A stretch of 64,000 bases of DNA from Octopus sinensis (Eukaryota). How positions within the stretch are numbered: position 1 is the stretch's first letter; the number at the start of each line of letters is the position of its first letter. A model generated the notes under the pieces. The model was given only the letters and a program-made list of their open reading frames with translations. It was not told the DNA's origin and did no database searches. Positions 22,956-35,442 of this stretch are shown here, piece after piece. The stretch spans positions 124,186,001-124,250,000 of the forward strand of contig NC_043000.1 in assembly GCF_006345805.1 (NCBI RefSeq), read 5' to 3'. Made by a program: the position numbers and the translations under genes.

Positions 22956-23389
22956 ATAACATGGTCTAATGTAATTTTTCTTCTTTAATAGCATGTAATT
23001 TGTGGGAGATTTGGCTGTTATCTCCAAGCAGTTCGTGTCATATATGCAGTATGGATATTTTTTTACTCCATAGTTTAATGGAGCAACTACGCTTTCATTC
23101 TCCGTGAGCATGGGCTCAAATCCAACCGCCATATGCACTTTTCTCAGATATGAAAACAAAGATAGTACAGAGTATCAAGATTTCGTTCTGTAGTTAAGAT
23201 TATTAACTTTTTGAGGTAAAGATTAAAAAAACAAAAAAACAAACAAAAATCGATAACACCTCTCAAGATAGTCGAAGTGGCAAGTGTGCAGCATAGACGT
23301 TCTGAATATGCACACTGCAAGAGCTGGTCCAGAGAGAGCAAATTAAATAACAAAAATGTTTCTTCAGAACTACTTTTGCGGTTTTACAC

Positions 23390-24165
23390 AATATCCTTTT
23401 CTACTCTAGGCACAAGGCCTGAAATTTTGGGGGAGTGGACCAGTCGATTAGATGAACCCCAGAACGCAACTGGTACCTAATTTATTGACCCTGAAAGGAT
23501 GACAGGCAAAGTCGACCTCGGCAGAGTTTGAGCTCAGAACGTAAAAGACAGACGAAATACAGCTAAACATTTCGCCCGGCGTGCTAACGTCTCTGCCAGC
23601 TCGCCGCCTTGACCTTTACGCAATATTCTTTTCTACTCTAGGCATAAGGCCCAAAATTATTGGGAGGGGGTCAGTCGATTACATCAACTCCAGGACGCAA
23701 CTGGTACTTAATTTATCGACTCCCCGAGAATGAATGGTAAAGTCGACCTCGGCGGAATTTGAACTCAGAACGTAAAGATAGACGAAATACCTATTTCTTT
23801 ACTACCCACAAGGGAATACACATAGAGGGGACAAACAAGGACAGACAAACGGATTAAGTCGATTATATCGACTCCACTGCGTAACTGGTACTTATTTAAT
23901 CGACCCCGAAAGAATGAAAGGCAAAGTCGACCTCGGCGGAATTTGAACTCAGAACGTAAAGACAGACGAAATACCTATTTCTTTACTACCCACAAGAGGC
24001 TACACACAGAGGGGACAAACAAGGACAGACAAACGGATTAAGTCGATTACATCAACTCCATTGCGTAACTGGTACTTATTTAATCAACCCCGAAAGGATG
24101 AAAGGCAAAGTCGACCTCGGCGGAATTTGAACTCAGAACATAACGGCAGACGAATTACCGCTAAG
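23390..24165 (-). mobile_element. Head-to-tail array of SINE family A: trimer (23622-24165) plus full monomer (23390-23610)
   Basis: Units tail2 (23975-24165), tail2 (23791-23974) and tail1 (23622-23790) are joined at identical AAATAGGTATTTCGTC junctions; CpGs are well preserved. Confidence 0.92.
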
Positions 24166-24300
24166 ATATACAATTTTAAACAATTTATGCGTATAACGAT
24201 TTTCTTATAAATTATCCACTCTCCTAGAGTTTTCGGAATAATTGTCAAAAGTTATATAGGCTTTGCAATTGATTGAATAATTTAATAAAGCGAGGTAAGT
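24166..24300 (+). promoter_or_regulatory. Candidate promoter / first non-coding exon of SLC25A51
   Basis: Strong donor GAG|GTAAGT (intron starts 24295) in a CpG-retaining repeat-free block; matching acceptor tttcttacag at 26651-26652, 26 nt before the ATG. Confidence 0.5.
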
Positions 24301-26678
24301 CATTGAAGACCCATTTAAGTAATCTCCCTTGCATGTATCTCAAAATGGCAGGCCTGAGTGGCGCTGGAGGGGCACCAGTGGAAATTAAATATAATTCAAA
24401 CCAAAGATAACCTACAGTTTTATTTCTATCATTTGAAAATAGCATAAAGTAAGGATTTATACAAAATTTTCACCTTTGAAATTGTTTTGTAACCCCTTGT
24501 CTAAAGAATTATATGTAATTAAGTGTTATTAAAGTCAACGTTGTATGACCTTTACTTCATTCTTACGAGAGAAAAAAATTCCACCAAGTCAATCGTGTTT
24601 TATTCTTCTTCTGTTTATAACCTCTCATTGATTACGATTTTTATTCACGCCTTTGCTTCTATTTGTTGAATTAATTCAAGTTGATTCTATAACTTTATTC
24701 TTTATTCCCCATAATCTTCATTAATATTTGTTTATATTAAATTTCACGCCCCGTTTTTGTTCTTTTTAGTTTGTTTTTATGCTTTGTTAAAAAAAAAAGG
24801 TTAAAGTCTGAAAAAGTGACACTAATTAGATATAACTGCCAAATGCCTTCTTTTATTATACTGTTATTAAAGAACTATCCAAGTCTGGAATGTATCAACC
24901 GTTTGCTCAGGTTCCCACTTGTTTTGTTTTGTTCCAGTCACTAACCTTGAGTGATTAAAAATAAATATACTAATTCATATTATGTAATAATTTACAGCAC
25001 CAAATCGTAATTCTGTGTATATTTCGCCAATATATTATAGTAGCATGTTATATATGTTTCTTAATTCTGAATGAGGGCACGTTTGGAACTAAACACGGGA
25101 CGTACTTTGTTGTCAAGTTAATTACCGCTAACATTTTCAGTATCTTTTCTATCATTTGACTGACGAAAACTTTGCTTATTTACCCTCCTTTTTTTGTGTG
25201 TGCGTGTTTTCTTTCTAACCTGCCTCAATGCCGTAGAATAAACGCTTTGTTTATCCTTCGAAGTACAGGTGGAAACCTTCAGTTTTTCATGGCTATTTGT
25301 ACACATGTGGTTTATAGATTTTTAATTTCTCATGTGATTGTATTATGTAATATATATATATAAATTTCCAACTTTAGATGTTGGAAATATCTTTTTTCCC
25401 CTCATTGGTAACTATCTGTCAAGTTAGAAATCTAGATGATTATGAAATACAAAAATATAAATAGTATTATCCGTAAATATTTTGTATAAATCAGCCATTG
25501 TGCAAATTGCATCTCATATTTGAGTTTATCACCCAACATCTTTTAGAAACTAAATCTTACTTCTATCAAGAAAATTTAATTCAAGTTTATTGCGAACGTT
25601 CGTCCATAAGTCAATGTGAAAGAGTTGAAATTGTGAATTGCATGTACATATTGCATTATAATGCAAAGACTTTTTTTCATTTGGAGAAGCAAATAATTTT
25701 CATATTATTATTATTTCTTTTATTAAAGTGTCACATTTCTAAAATTCCAAAGTCTCATATATCAAATTTTAGCAATAAAAAAAAATAATCCTCATCCCGA
25801 GGCACATGAAGCTGGATGCTTATAAGTCAAGGAGAAAATATTTCCAACAGAAACCAGTACTAGGAAGTTACGATGTTATTGAACAATAATGAATTATTTA
25901 TCAATACTTAAGTGAAAACTTTCAAATTTCAGTGTGGTTTAGCCAGGGGAGGAAGTCTACATGCACGACCTTTTCCTTTCCTCTCACTGGACATGGTGGG
26001 AGAAATGGTAAAACCAGTTATCGTTCTGGAGAGCTTATCCGAATGCTCTTCTAAGCTCACCCACGAGCCAGGTTGTGGTGTTTAACACATCACCAAAATT
26101 TTCAAATATTTTTTGTAGTTTTCCTGTTAATCCATCAGAGTAAATAAGGTCAATAGAATTATCTACTGCAAGGTGAATTTGACTAAAAGCAATTCCTTCA
26201 AAGACAGAATACTTAATTATACTTCAATTTTAATCTGGATTAAATGGTTTTAAAACTATATGATACTATTGATCTCAAATAATTTCAGTTTTAAATAAGA
26301 CTAATTTCACTGTTAAACTTGTATGCAAAAGGCATTTTAAACTGAAGTTTCTGCCATTACACTTAAGATTGCTTTTCTTAAGTTCTCTGATTAAAAAAAA
26401 AATTTTTTAAGTTTCTCAGTTCTTTTTTTAGTATTGTATCAGTTGGTCTTACTACCCCATATACAAAGGTTACACAACTATAAATACTAACTCAGGCACA
26501 GAATTTTCCAGTAATAGCATTTATACAAAGCAAAAGAATGGAATGTTCCTCTTGTTCTTTTGCTTCAAAGATGTTAAGAGTAACATACATAAAGTGGATA
26601 ATTTAGCTTCTAAGATGTTTTAACAGTTCTCTTTTTTGTCTATTTCTTACAGAGGAATCAAACAGTCTTTGCTGTATC

Positions 26679-27554
26679 ATGGATCCATCAAACTTAAGTA
26701 ATTCTGAAATACCAATTTTAATGAAAGGATGCAGAAGCTATGCTGAATTTTTGTGTGGTTATGGTGCTGCCTTTATCAACATTACTGTCACATTTCCCAT
26801 TAACAAGGTGACATTTCGTCAGCAGCTCTATGGTGTAAGTAGTGTGACTGCTTATAAACAAATTTATAATGAAGGTCTACGCCATTTATACCGTGGGCTT
26901 CTGCCCCCTTTGTTACAAAAGTCAACGTCTGTTGCAGCTATGTTTGGAATTTACCAGAATTACAATGAAATACTCTTGAGGAAAACTTATCTGCCAACAG
27001 ATGTCAGGAAAGGCACTGCTGCATTTTTTGCTGGAACTACAGAAGCTATTTTGACACCTTTTGAGCGCATACAGACACTTATGCAAGATCAAACTTACCA
27101 TAAACGTTTTCAGAACACCTTTGAAGCATTTCGAATGACAAGTGCTTACGGACTAAGGGAATACTACCGTGGTTTGACTGCTATTCTTTTGAGAAATGGA
27201 CCGAGCAATGTTTGTTTCTTTTTGGGGCGGGACCATATCAAAGGATATCTTCCAGATGCGGAAAATAAATTACAAATAATTGGGCAAGACTTTATAAGTG
27301 GAGCTTTATTAGGTGCTGTCATTAGTACTGTTTTGTTTCCATTAAATGCTATCAAAACACGCATGCAGTCAGAATTTGGATGTAAATTTATCAGTATTTA
27401 CAATACTTACTGCATACTGCTTGCCGAACGTAATTATTCACGGATTAACTTATTACGAGGAATGCATATCAATTACATAAGATCATTTATGTCATGGGGA
27501 ATTATTAATGCTTCTTATGAATTTTTGTTAACTTACTTGAAACCAAAATCTTGA
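26679..27554 (+). CDS. SLC25A51: Mitochondrial carrier, SLC25A51/SLC25A52 (MCART1) family NAD+ transporter, 291 aa, single coding exon
   Basis: TFPINKVTFRQQLYG, LYRGLLPPLLQK, AGTTEAILTPFERIQTLMQD, EYYRGL..ILLRNG.SN, FPLNAIKTRMQS and HINYIRSFMSWGIINASYEFL align end to end with human SLC25A51, with three PxxxxK/R carrier repeats. Confidence 0.96.
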   Translation: MDPSNLSNSEIPILMKGCRSYAEFLCGYGAAFINITVTFPINKVTFRQQLYGVSSVTAYKQIYNEGLRHLYRGLLPPLLQKSTSVAAMFGIYQNYNEILLRKTYLPTDVRKGTAAFFAGTTEAILTPFERIQTLMQDQTYHKRFQNTFEAFRMTSAYGLREYYRGLTAILLRNGPSNVCFFLGRDHIKGYLPDAENKLQIIGQDFISGALLGAVISTVLFPLNAIKTRMQSEFGCKFISIYNTYCILLAERNYSRINLLRGMHINYIRSFMSWGIINASYEFLLTYLKPKS

Positions 27555-29999
27555 TCGCCTAAAAGTGAATGCTGGACACTATGATTTTGAACCCATAAAT
27601 AGTAATGATTTCTTTTTTCAAATTGAAAGGATTTGTTCAAGGTAGGATAGTATATGGGAAAATAGTTTAGTGCTGATTGCTTTACTGCTATTATATTTAT
27701 TTTTACTTCTGTAGTTTATTTGTATTAATGATTTAGTAGTGTAGAATATTTGGCTGTGTTTGAATGTACTAATTTGATGCATGGTGGTGATATTTTCTGA
27801 AATGCTTTTGTGGATTTCAGTCCATCTAAAGATGAAATACAATGTCTTTTGTGACGTACTTCTGTTTATGATATTTGGGAATGAATGCTGATCAGTTGGT
27901 ATTATGTTAAAACTTCAAACTGAAAGCAGATTTTTGTTTTCGTTTGTATAAGTTCTTCGTTCTAACCATGTTGTTTCAATTATGTTCTCATTCCCATTTG
28001 AAAATGGAACTATTCTGCTGATAATCAAGTTAAACACTTTAATTAATATATATTGTTGAATATAACCACCAGATGAGGGTTCTATCACTAGATACTACTA
28101 GTAATTAAATTATTAATAATGATTTTTTTTTTTGACTTAGCACAGTCATATTTTTTTGTAGGAGGTACAATTAATTAATTTGACCAAAGCAGTTAATTAA
28201 GACTTATTTTGATCCTTTGTTTCTGCCATTCATTGCAGTCAATAATATTGAGTTTATTCTGACTCTTAGTGTCAAGGGTTTTTTTTTTTTTTTTACATGT
28301 ATAAATGTGAATGTGATCTTAAAATTTAGATGTATGGTATGCAAGATTTTTGCTCTTTTTTGTTGAAACCTCATTAATTCTTTTGTTTCTTGTTTCACTA
28401 CATGATTATTTTTCCGATTTTGTTTTTACAAAAACAAAGGTGAAAGTAATCCTTTTCTTCTTAATATGAAATTGACTATTGTGTTTCCAGAAGAAATAAA
28501 ACTGAACAATATTTTGTATTTGATATGGTAGAAAGCTATGAATGATAATGTTTCACATACAAAATTGCAGAATATTTTATATAAAACAATTCTGTAGTTT
28601 TGAATCCTGAGATTTAAAAAAAAAAATAATTGTAAGATGTCAACAAATGTCTGGTAGTTATTTGCACTTGGTTAAATGTGTTTATGGCTACAATGAATTT
28701 TTTCGTTTGACTTATGTTCTACATATTTTCATAGGTTTTAAAGAAAGTAATGTCATTAGTTTAATAAACACAGCATGCAGCACACACACACACACATATA
28801 TAGGGAGGGGACCCAGCCATAAAAAGTCTGCCTCAAAGAATTCCATCTGAGTTAAGCCAACAAGAGAAAGTGGACATTAAAGTGATGTGATGTTGTATAC
28901 ACATATGTGTGTGTGTATATATATATGCATGTGTTGACACATACATGTGTGTATATATATGTGTGTGTGTGTATGCACATATATATAGATATATTTGTAT
29001 GTGTGTATGCCAAGTTGTGTCCTAACATGACCACTTCTTGGAACAACCACTGGGCATTCTTGGTTTATTTCAGAATCAGGGAACCGTTGTTTCGATCACC
29101 TTTCTTTTGACCCTTCATGAGTAACAGGTGAGCATTGCTATCCCTAGAAATGGTTGCTCAGTCATTCTGGGTGCCACCGAATCTCTCCCTCATTTAGAAA
29201 AGGAGGAGCCAATATCCATATTTGAAATTACATACTTCATGCTTCTCAAGACTGTTTGTGCTACAACATCCTGTCACAGCAGGGCTTTGTGAGAGATTTG
29301 TGTTTTTCAACAAGTTTCTGTGCATGGAAATTATTGTGAATGAAGCAAATACAGAACTGCTATCACTTTTTAACTAGGAAAGTTTCCCTCCTGGTGGTCT
29401 AGTATCAGCTGGGATGACAAGAAATTGAATGGTTCTCAAGTTTCACAATCAGTATATCCTTCTCTTAGACAGATGTTCTGATAGGAACTAGGGCTCCATC
29501 ATGCCAAAGTGGACTTACAACATGCCTGTACACCATCATAAGTATTTCTGTGTATGTGTGCATATATGCATACAGGCATAGGTGTGTGTGTATACACATA
29601 AATTTATGTGTATACATATGTGTGTGTGTATGTATATATATATATTATATACACACATACTTTGCTTTATGAGGATAATTATATATCTTTGTTTGGCTGT
29701 GACTTGATCATTGAGTTGCAAGGTAGGTTGAATTCAAGTTAAATAAACCATATAATTTTGTATTTGGTTTGCAAGATTCTTGATGTGAAATGTTGCTGTG
29801 TCTTGGGAGAGTCATTATGCCATTGATAATAACAAACACACAGTTAACCAATTGACTAACAAAGAAGTGGAGTTGAACCTGTGTGTGTGTTTATTATTAA
29901 TGGCATAATGACTTTCCTAAGACACAGCAAAACCATATAATTTGCACTATATATTGAATACTCTCTTCCACATTTGTCAACAAACAGCAACTTTTGGAC

Positions 30000-30049
<50 letters not shown>

Positions 30050-30993
30050 GCACACATACATATATTTCATGTGTAGATCTTTTGCCAACTTATATCATTG
30101 AAGGCTGTAAATATCAGTGAGTTAAACTGGTGCGTTTCAAGAGTTCTTTGTAATATTTGTTCTGCACCAAGCTAAAGATACCTACTTGTCGTTCTCGCCT
30201 TGTGAAATACTGTGAACTTGTGATTGACTCATTGGTAACCTGTAACCAACAATGCTATTGTTCACAAATTGTGAGATATATATATGAGATATGTTTAAAT
30301 TTTCATCAAAGTAGCAGGCTTGTTTCAAGTCTATATAAGTCTATAAACATGCAAACATTTTAAGTAATTTGTTTCAAATAACTAAATAAAGAAAACCCCC
30401 TGATAATGACAGAATTTTCTTTCCAACTTATCACCAGATGGCATTTACTGAATATCTAAGGTCTCTGGAATATTGCAGTCTATTGGTTAGTTGGTGTAAA
30501 CTTAAATGTTTAGGCTCTGTTGGATCTTGTATTCTTTAAAAATTTCAAGAAATTGTCTCCAAAAGATAGCAATCTCTTGATTTCAATATCAGATATCTTC
30601 AGAGTGTTCATAATTTTCTCTCATATTCACGAACGACATAATATTTGTGATCAATTTTATTTTCTCCTAAATCCCATTGAAGGAGGTTACATTTTTTTTT
30701 CTCTTAAATTAAAGCAGCTATTAATTACAAATCAACTTCAATCAATTCTGATTGCCAGTCAGTATAACTTTTCATAAAACATGGTCTTATTCGTTTGTTG
30801 TCTTTCTGGTACAAGATGAAAATGGAAATAATAAATTCCAAATTTGTTTATACTGTATAAATGTTTGTTTTTTTTCTAAAGTAAAAAATGAAAAATAATA
30901 AATATAATTCCATTACATTTTCTTTAATTTTATTTTTAACAGATACCACAACTGTTTTTATGTCATACCTAAAATTTTTCATTCTCCTTGAAA

Positions 30994-31395
30994 GGATGTG
31001 GCTGTGTGGTAAGAAGCTTGCTTCCCAACCACATGGTTCTGGGTTCAGTCCCAGTGTGGCATCTTGGGCAACTGTCTTCTATTATAGTCTCAGACCAATT
31101 AAAACCTTGTGAGTGGATTTGGTAGACTGAAAGAAGCCCATCATGTATGTATATGTATGTACATGTGTGTGTGTATGTATGTATATATATATATATAGTG
31201 TGTGTCCCTTTGTCCCCAACCACTGCTTGAGAATCGGTGTTGTGTTTATGTCTCTAACTTAGTGGCTCAACAAATGAAACTGATAGATTACCAGTCTTGA
31301 AAAAAAAAATGTACTGGGGTCGATTCATCTGACTAAAAACTCAAGGCAGTGCTCCAGCAAGTCTGCAGTCTATTGATTAAAACAATTAAAAGATA
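30994..31395 (+). mobile_element. SINE family B
   Basis: Head GGATGTGGCTGTGTGGTAAGAAGCTTGC, internal TA/TG tract, tail arm; followed by a reverse SINE A (~31395-31553). Confidence 0.85.
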
Positions 31396-32530
31396 ATTAA
31401 TACAGTATCTGTTACTGTACTTATTTAATTGACCCCAAAAGGATGAAAGGCAAAGTTGACCTCAGCAGAATTTGAAATCAGAAAGTAGCGGCGGACGAAA
31501 TACTGCTTAGCATTTCATCAGGCGTGCTAACGTTTCTGCCAACTCGCTGCCTTTGAGATCATAAATATTGCAAATTGGATTTGCATGTTGTATAGTGAAA
31601 CTGTACACTCTTCCCGGTAAAAAGTAGTTATAGCCAGCCATTGTAAATAGACCAGTAGCTGGTTGACAGAAGATTAAAGGTCGAGAGTTGTGTAGGCTGT
31701 GTTGATGGTCGTGTCTGTGCTGATATAGTAATCATGCTGTGAGACTGAGTGGACATTATAAGTGGACCTTTTGAGGATAATAACATTGTACGACTGGGGG
31801 TCATACAGTGCCAGAAGGAAACATTCTATATAACTTCGGAATATAATAATATCAGTCAGAGCAACAACCGTCGTCAAAAGACAGATTCAACAGTGGCAAA
31901 AGACTGCTTTGAAACAGGAGACCAACAATGAAAGTGTTCAAAGAGGGCAAACATGATCTTAAGTACAAGAGAGTAATTTGATAGATTGGTGCAATTAATA
32001 GAAAACTTGATCAGTTTGAAGTTTGTCTGCTGTAAAGATTGATGGAAATAAGAGCTACATGTAAATCCTCAGAATGATGATCTTGTAATTCTAAGGAAAG
32101 GAATCAGGAAGACAAACAACTCAGAGAAGAAGAATAATGAAATGCAGTGACTATGAATTATTGCTTTTTTTTTTTTTTATCCCCAAAGGCATTCTAACAG
32201 TAAATATTTTGTCTTTTCAGAGTACATAATCTAATTATATCAGCATGGGACATGGACAGCAAAAGATAACAATTATGATGATGTCCTTTTCATGTCAGCA
32301 GGGGGTGATTTGGCTACTTTTGCTAGCAGATCAAGTAACTATGAGGATGTTCTCTCAATCTGTACTATCCTTTTTTTTTTTTCAAATAAGGGATTTTTAT
32401 TTCACGGGATTTTGAAATGCTGAGCTAGCAGATGATTGATTGACAAGAAATGTCACCAGATGCAGTCCAATGACAAATAATGGCATCATCCCTCGAAGCC
32501 ATAGCACTGCATAAGTTTTAACATACATAC

Positions 32531-32987
32531 AGGAGTGGCTGTGTAGTAAGTAGCTTGATTACCAACCACATGGTTCCAGGTTCAGTCCCATTGCATGGCA
32601 CCTTTGGCAAGTGTCTTCTACTGTGGCCTCAGGCTGGCCAAAGCCTTGGGAGTGGATTTGGTAGATGGAAACTGAAAGAAGCCCGTTGTATATATATATT
32701 TTTATCTGTAGTTTCAACTCAGAGCTGTGGCCATGCTGATGCACCGCTACACATATATATATATATATATATATATGTGTGTATGTGTCTGTGTTTGTCC
32801 TCCCCAACATCGCTTGACAACCAATGCTAGTGTGTTTACGTCCCCCGTAACTTAGTGGTTCAGCATAAGAGACCAATAGAATAAGTACTAGGCTTACAAA
32901 AAATAAGTCCTGGGGTCGTTTTGCTTCACTAAAAAGGCGGTGCTCCAGCATGGCCACAGTCAAATGACTGAAACAAGTAAAAGAGTA
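32531..32987 (+). mobile_element. SINE family B
   Basis: Full head, internal (TA)n with a small extra insert, tail ..CTGAAACAAGTAAAAGAG. Confidence 0.88.
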
Positions 32988-33894
32988 TATGGTTTCTTCC
33001 ACTTTCCATCAACCAAATTCCTTCACAAGACATTGGTCAGCCAAAGGCTGTTGCAGAAGACACTTGCTCAAAGTACTTTTCAGTGGGATTGAACTTGAAG
33101 CTCATATGGTTGAGAAAGCAAATTTATTTTCACAGCTAATGTCTGTGCCTACACAGTTATGTCTGTACCTCATTCATGTTTGTGCTTCTTCTATGCTTGT
33201 GTCTAAATGGGAAAAAATGTGAGCCCAATACATTATGATCTGAAAAACTAGTTTCGAATTATGTCTACAAATTTTAGTTTTATTGCTATTAGCTGATGAC
33301 AATTAATTAGTTATAATAAAATATGAGGCTTTATTTGATACATCGTACAACAGACAGAGAAAGCTAAGACAATTAGCTTCACCTTCGAATGGGTTGAGAG
33401 GTCTTATGTGATGTGACATAGTATAAGCAGAGCCAGCTTCCCCTGTTTTTTTATGGTTTACTCCTGGGCAGGCTCTGTGTCTATGTTCTTTGAAATTGGT
33501 GAGATCAAGGACGTCTGTAAATTGGTGCCTGTAAGGAGAGAATTCCCAAGGTTTAAGACTGGGAAGTTAAGGTTGAGTATAGTGATTAATGTGTTTGAGA
33601 CACAGTAAAGATAGCAAGAGGAAATATTGATGGGCCTAGAAAGAAGTTGATATGCAACTACCTAGTCCTGAGAAATTGAAATGAGACAATTTGGTGCAGC
33701 TGTTTGGACACTAACAGTCTGAGTGGACATTGAACATGTCTTGGCAGTGGAAGCAAACTTACACATACATACAAACACAAGTAGATGTTCAGAGAGAGAG
33801 AGAAGCATTAAAACATCTGATGTTAAATCTCAGTGATGCCAAACAAGCTATACTAAAATGTCTCTTACCTCAGAGAAACAGAATATGCCCAATT

Positions 33895-34105
33895 AAGGCG
33901 GTGAGCTGGCAGAAACATTAGCACACATCGGTATTTCGTCTGCCGCTATGTTCTGAGTTCAAATTCTGCCAAGGTCGACTTTACCTTTCATCCTTTCGGG
34001 GTCGATAAATTAAGTACCAGTTGCGCACTGGGGTCAATCTAATCGACTTAATCCCTTTGTCTGTCCCCTCTATGTTTATCCCCCTGTGAGCAATAAAAAA
34101 GTAAC
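33895..34105 (+). mobile_element. SINE family A, tail type 2
   Basis: Head AAGGCGGTGAGCTGGCAGAAAC, B-box GAGTTCAAATTC. Confidence 0.88.
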
Positions 34106-35231
34106 ATAATATGCTCATCCTTATGGATGAAGATCAGGAACCTCACACTGTGGTCTCTTACCGCAACTGGATACTTCAGGATCCTCACCACATGTCCTTG
34201 ACATCATTATTATTCATTCTTCATCTTCTGCCCATGAGCCCATTTTCTGTTTACCCAGTTATTGAAGATATGGGCACAGACTTCCTAAGCCCTGATAGCA
34301 TGGCCAAAATACTAACCATCATTAACTTTCATTCCACTCCCACCTCCTTCAAACTAAATTGTTCATTCTGCAACAGACAGAAACTCTTCTAGTAGCTATA
34401 GAATTTGTGAGAGAAGATAGGATGTGTGTTAGTAAATGAGTCTTTGTTAGTCAGCTTTTGGATGAAGTTAAGGATGTTTGTATGTCCAACATAAACAGCA
34501 GTGTTCCATGTGTGGGGGAAGTACACCATTGCGAGTATTACTTGAGCTTTGTAGAAGATCAGGAACTGATCAGAGATAAAGTACTTTCTGGTCATAAAAA
34601 CAAAAGTTAGCACATGGGGTTGTCAGGAAATAGTGTGGGACTTAGCAAGGCTTTGAGGATTTATTTGTATATTTTTAGCAAGAAAGAATGGTTCACAGAA
34701 TTGTTTTCCTTGATATGTGCAGGAATTATGTCTTTGTATGGAGCCTGGTGCAGCCATCTGGTTCGCCAGTCCTCAGTCAAATTGTCCAACCCATGCCAGC
34801 ATGGAAAGCTGCCGTTAAACGATGATGATGGTGAATGATTGATATCAGACTGTTAGTTCATGGTGGCAGATGTTTTTTGTGTGTATAGAAGTTTAGCATT
34901 CAGTTTAACCCTAAAGTAATCCTCTGTCAAATGTAATGCTTATTTATTCACATTGTTTTGAATTCATTCTGCACTATCTTGTAGCTTTGAAAATTCAATG
35001 ATGGGATTGTTTATTTTTGGACTGACATTGTAGGGTAGGTGTGAGAAGCTGGATCTGGCCAGTTTGGACAAAGATCAGGCAGAGACCACTCCTACTAATG
35101 GGAATGGTATCCTCTGGATTAGAGAACAAGCATTGTTAGAAATACATTTGTCATTAATGCACAGAAGGAAGAGTATGAAAGACAAATAAACCTTGGAATA
35201 CATTAGAGTTGGATCACAGGCAGCTTCATCA

Positions 35232-35442
35232 ACAAATATTCTTTTCTACTCTAGGCACAAGGCCTGAAATTTTGGGGGAGAGAGCCAATCAATTAGATCG
35301 ATCTCAGTACGCAACTGGTACTTAATTTATCAACCCCGAAAGGATGAAAGGCAAAAAAATCAACCTCAGCGGAATTTGAACTCAGAACGTAAATATAGAC
35401 GAAATACCGCTAAGCATTCCACCTGGCACGTTTCTGCCAGCT
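35232..35442 (-). mobile_element. SINE family A (tail 1) inserted into an old LINE RT remnant
   Basis: 11-bp TSD CAGCTTCATCA at 35221-35231 and 35438-35448 (partly overlapping the truncated head); the flank translates as a degraded VFQG..TLFLLCIND motif. Confidence 0.85.

Noticed and set aside
23065-23132. tRNA-like sequence with TCA in the anticodon position (possible tRNA-Sec/suppressor)
   Set aside because: The anticodon and acceptor stems do not pair and position 37 is a pyrimidine; best read as a decayed SINE head.
25930-26060. Faint similarity to U1 snRNA (GCCAGGGGAG..., GAGCTTATCC)
   Set aside because: Matches are short and non-colinear, with no 5' ACTTACCTG and no Sm site in position.
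31640-31960. GC-richer block possibly coding
   Set aside because: There are stops in all long frames; it has a faint L2-like C-terminal resemblance only. Similar decayed LINE-like tracts lie at ~6000-6400, ~33300-33720 and ~50250-50740.
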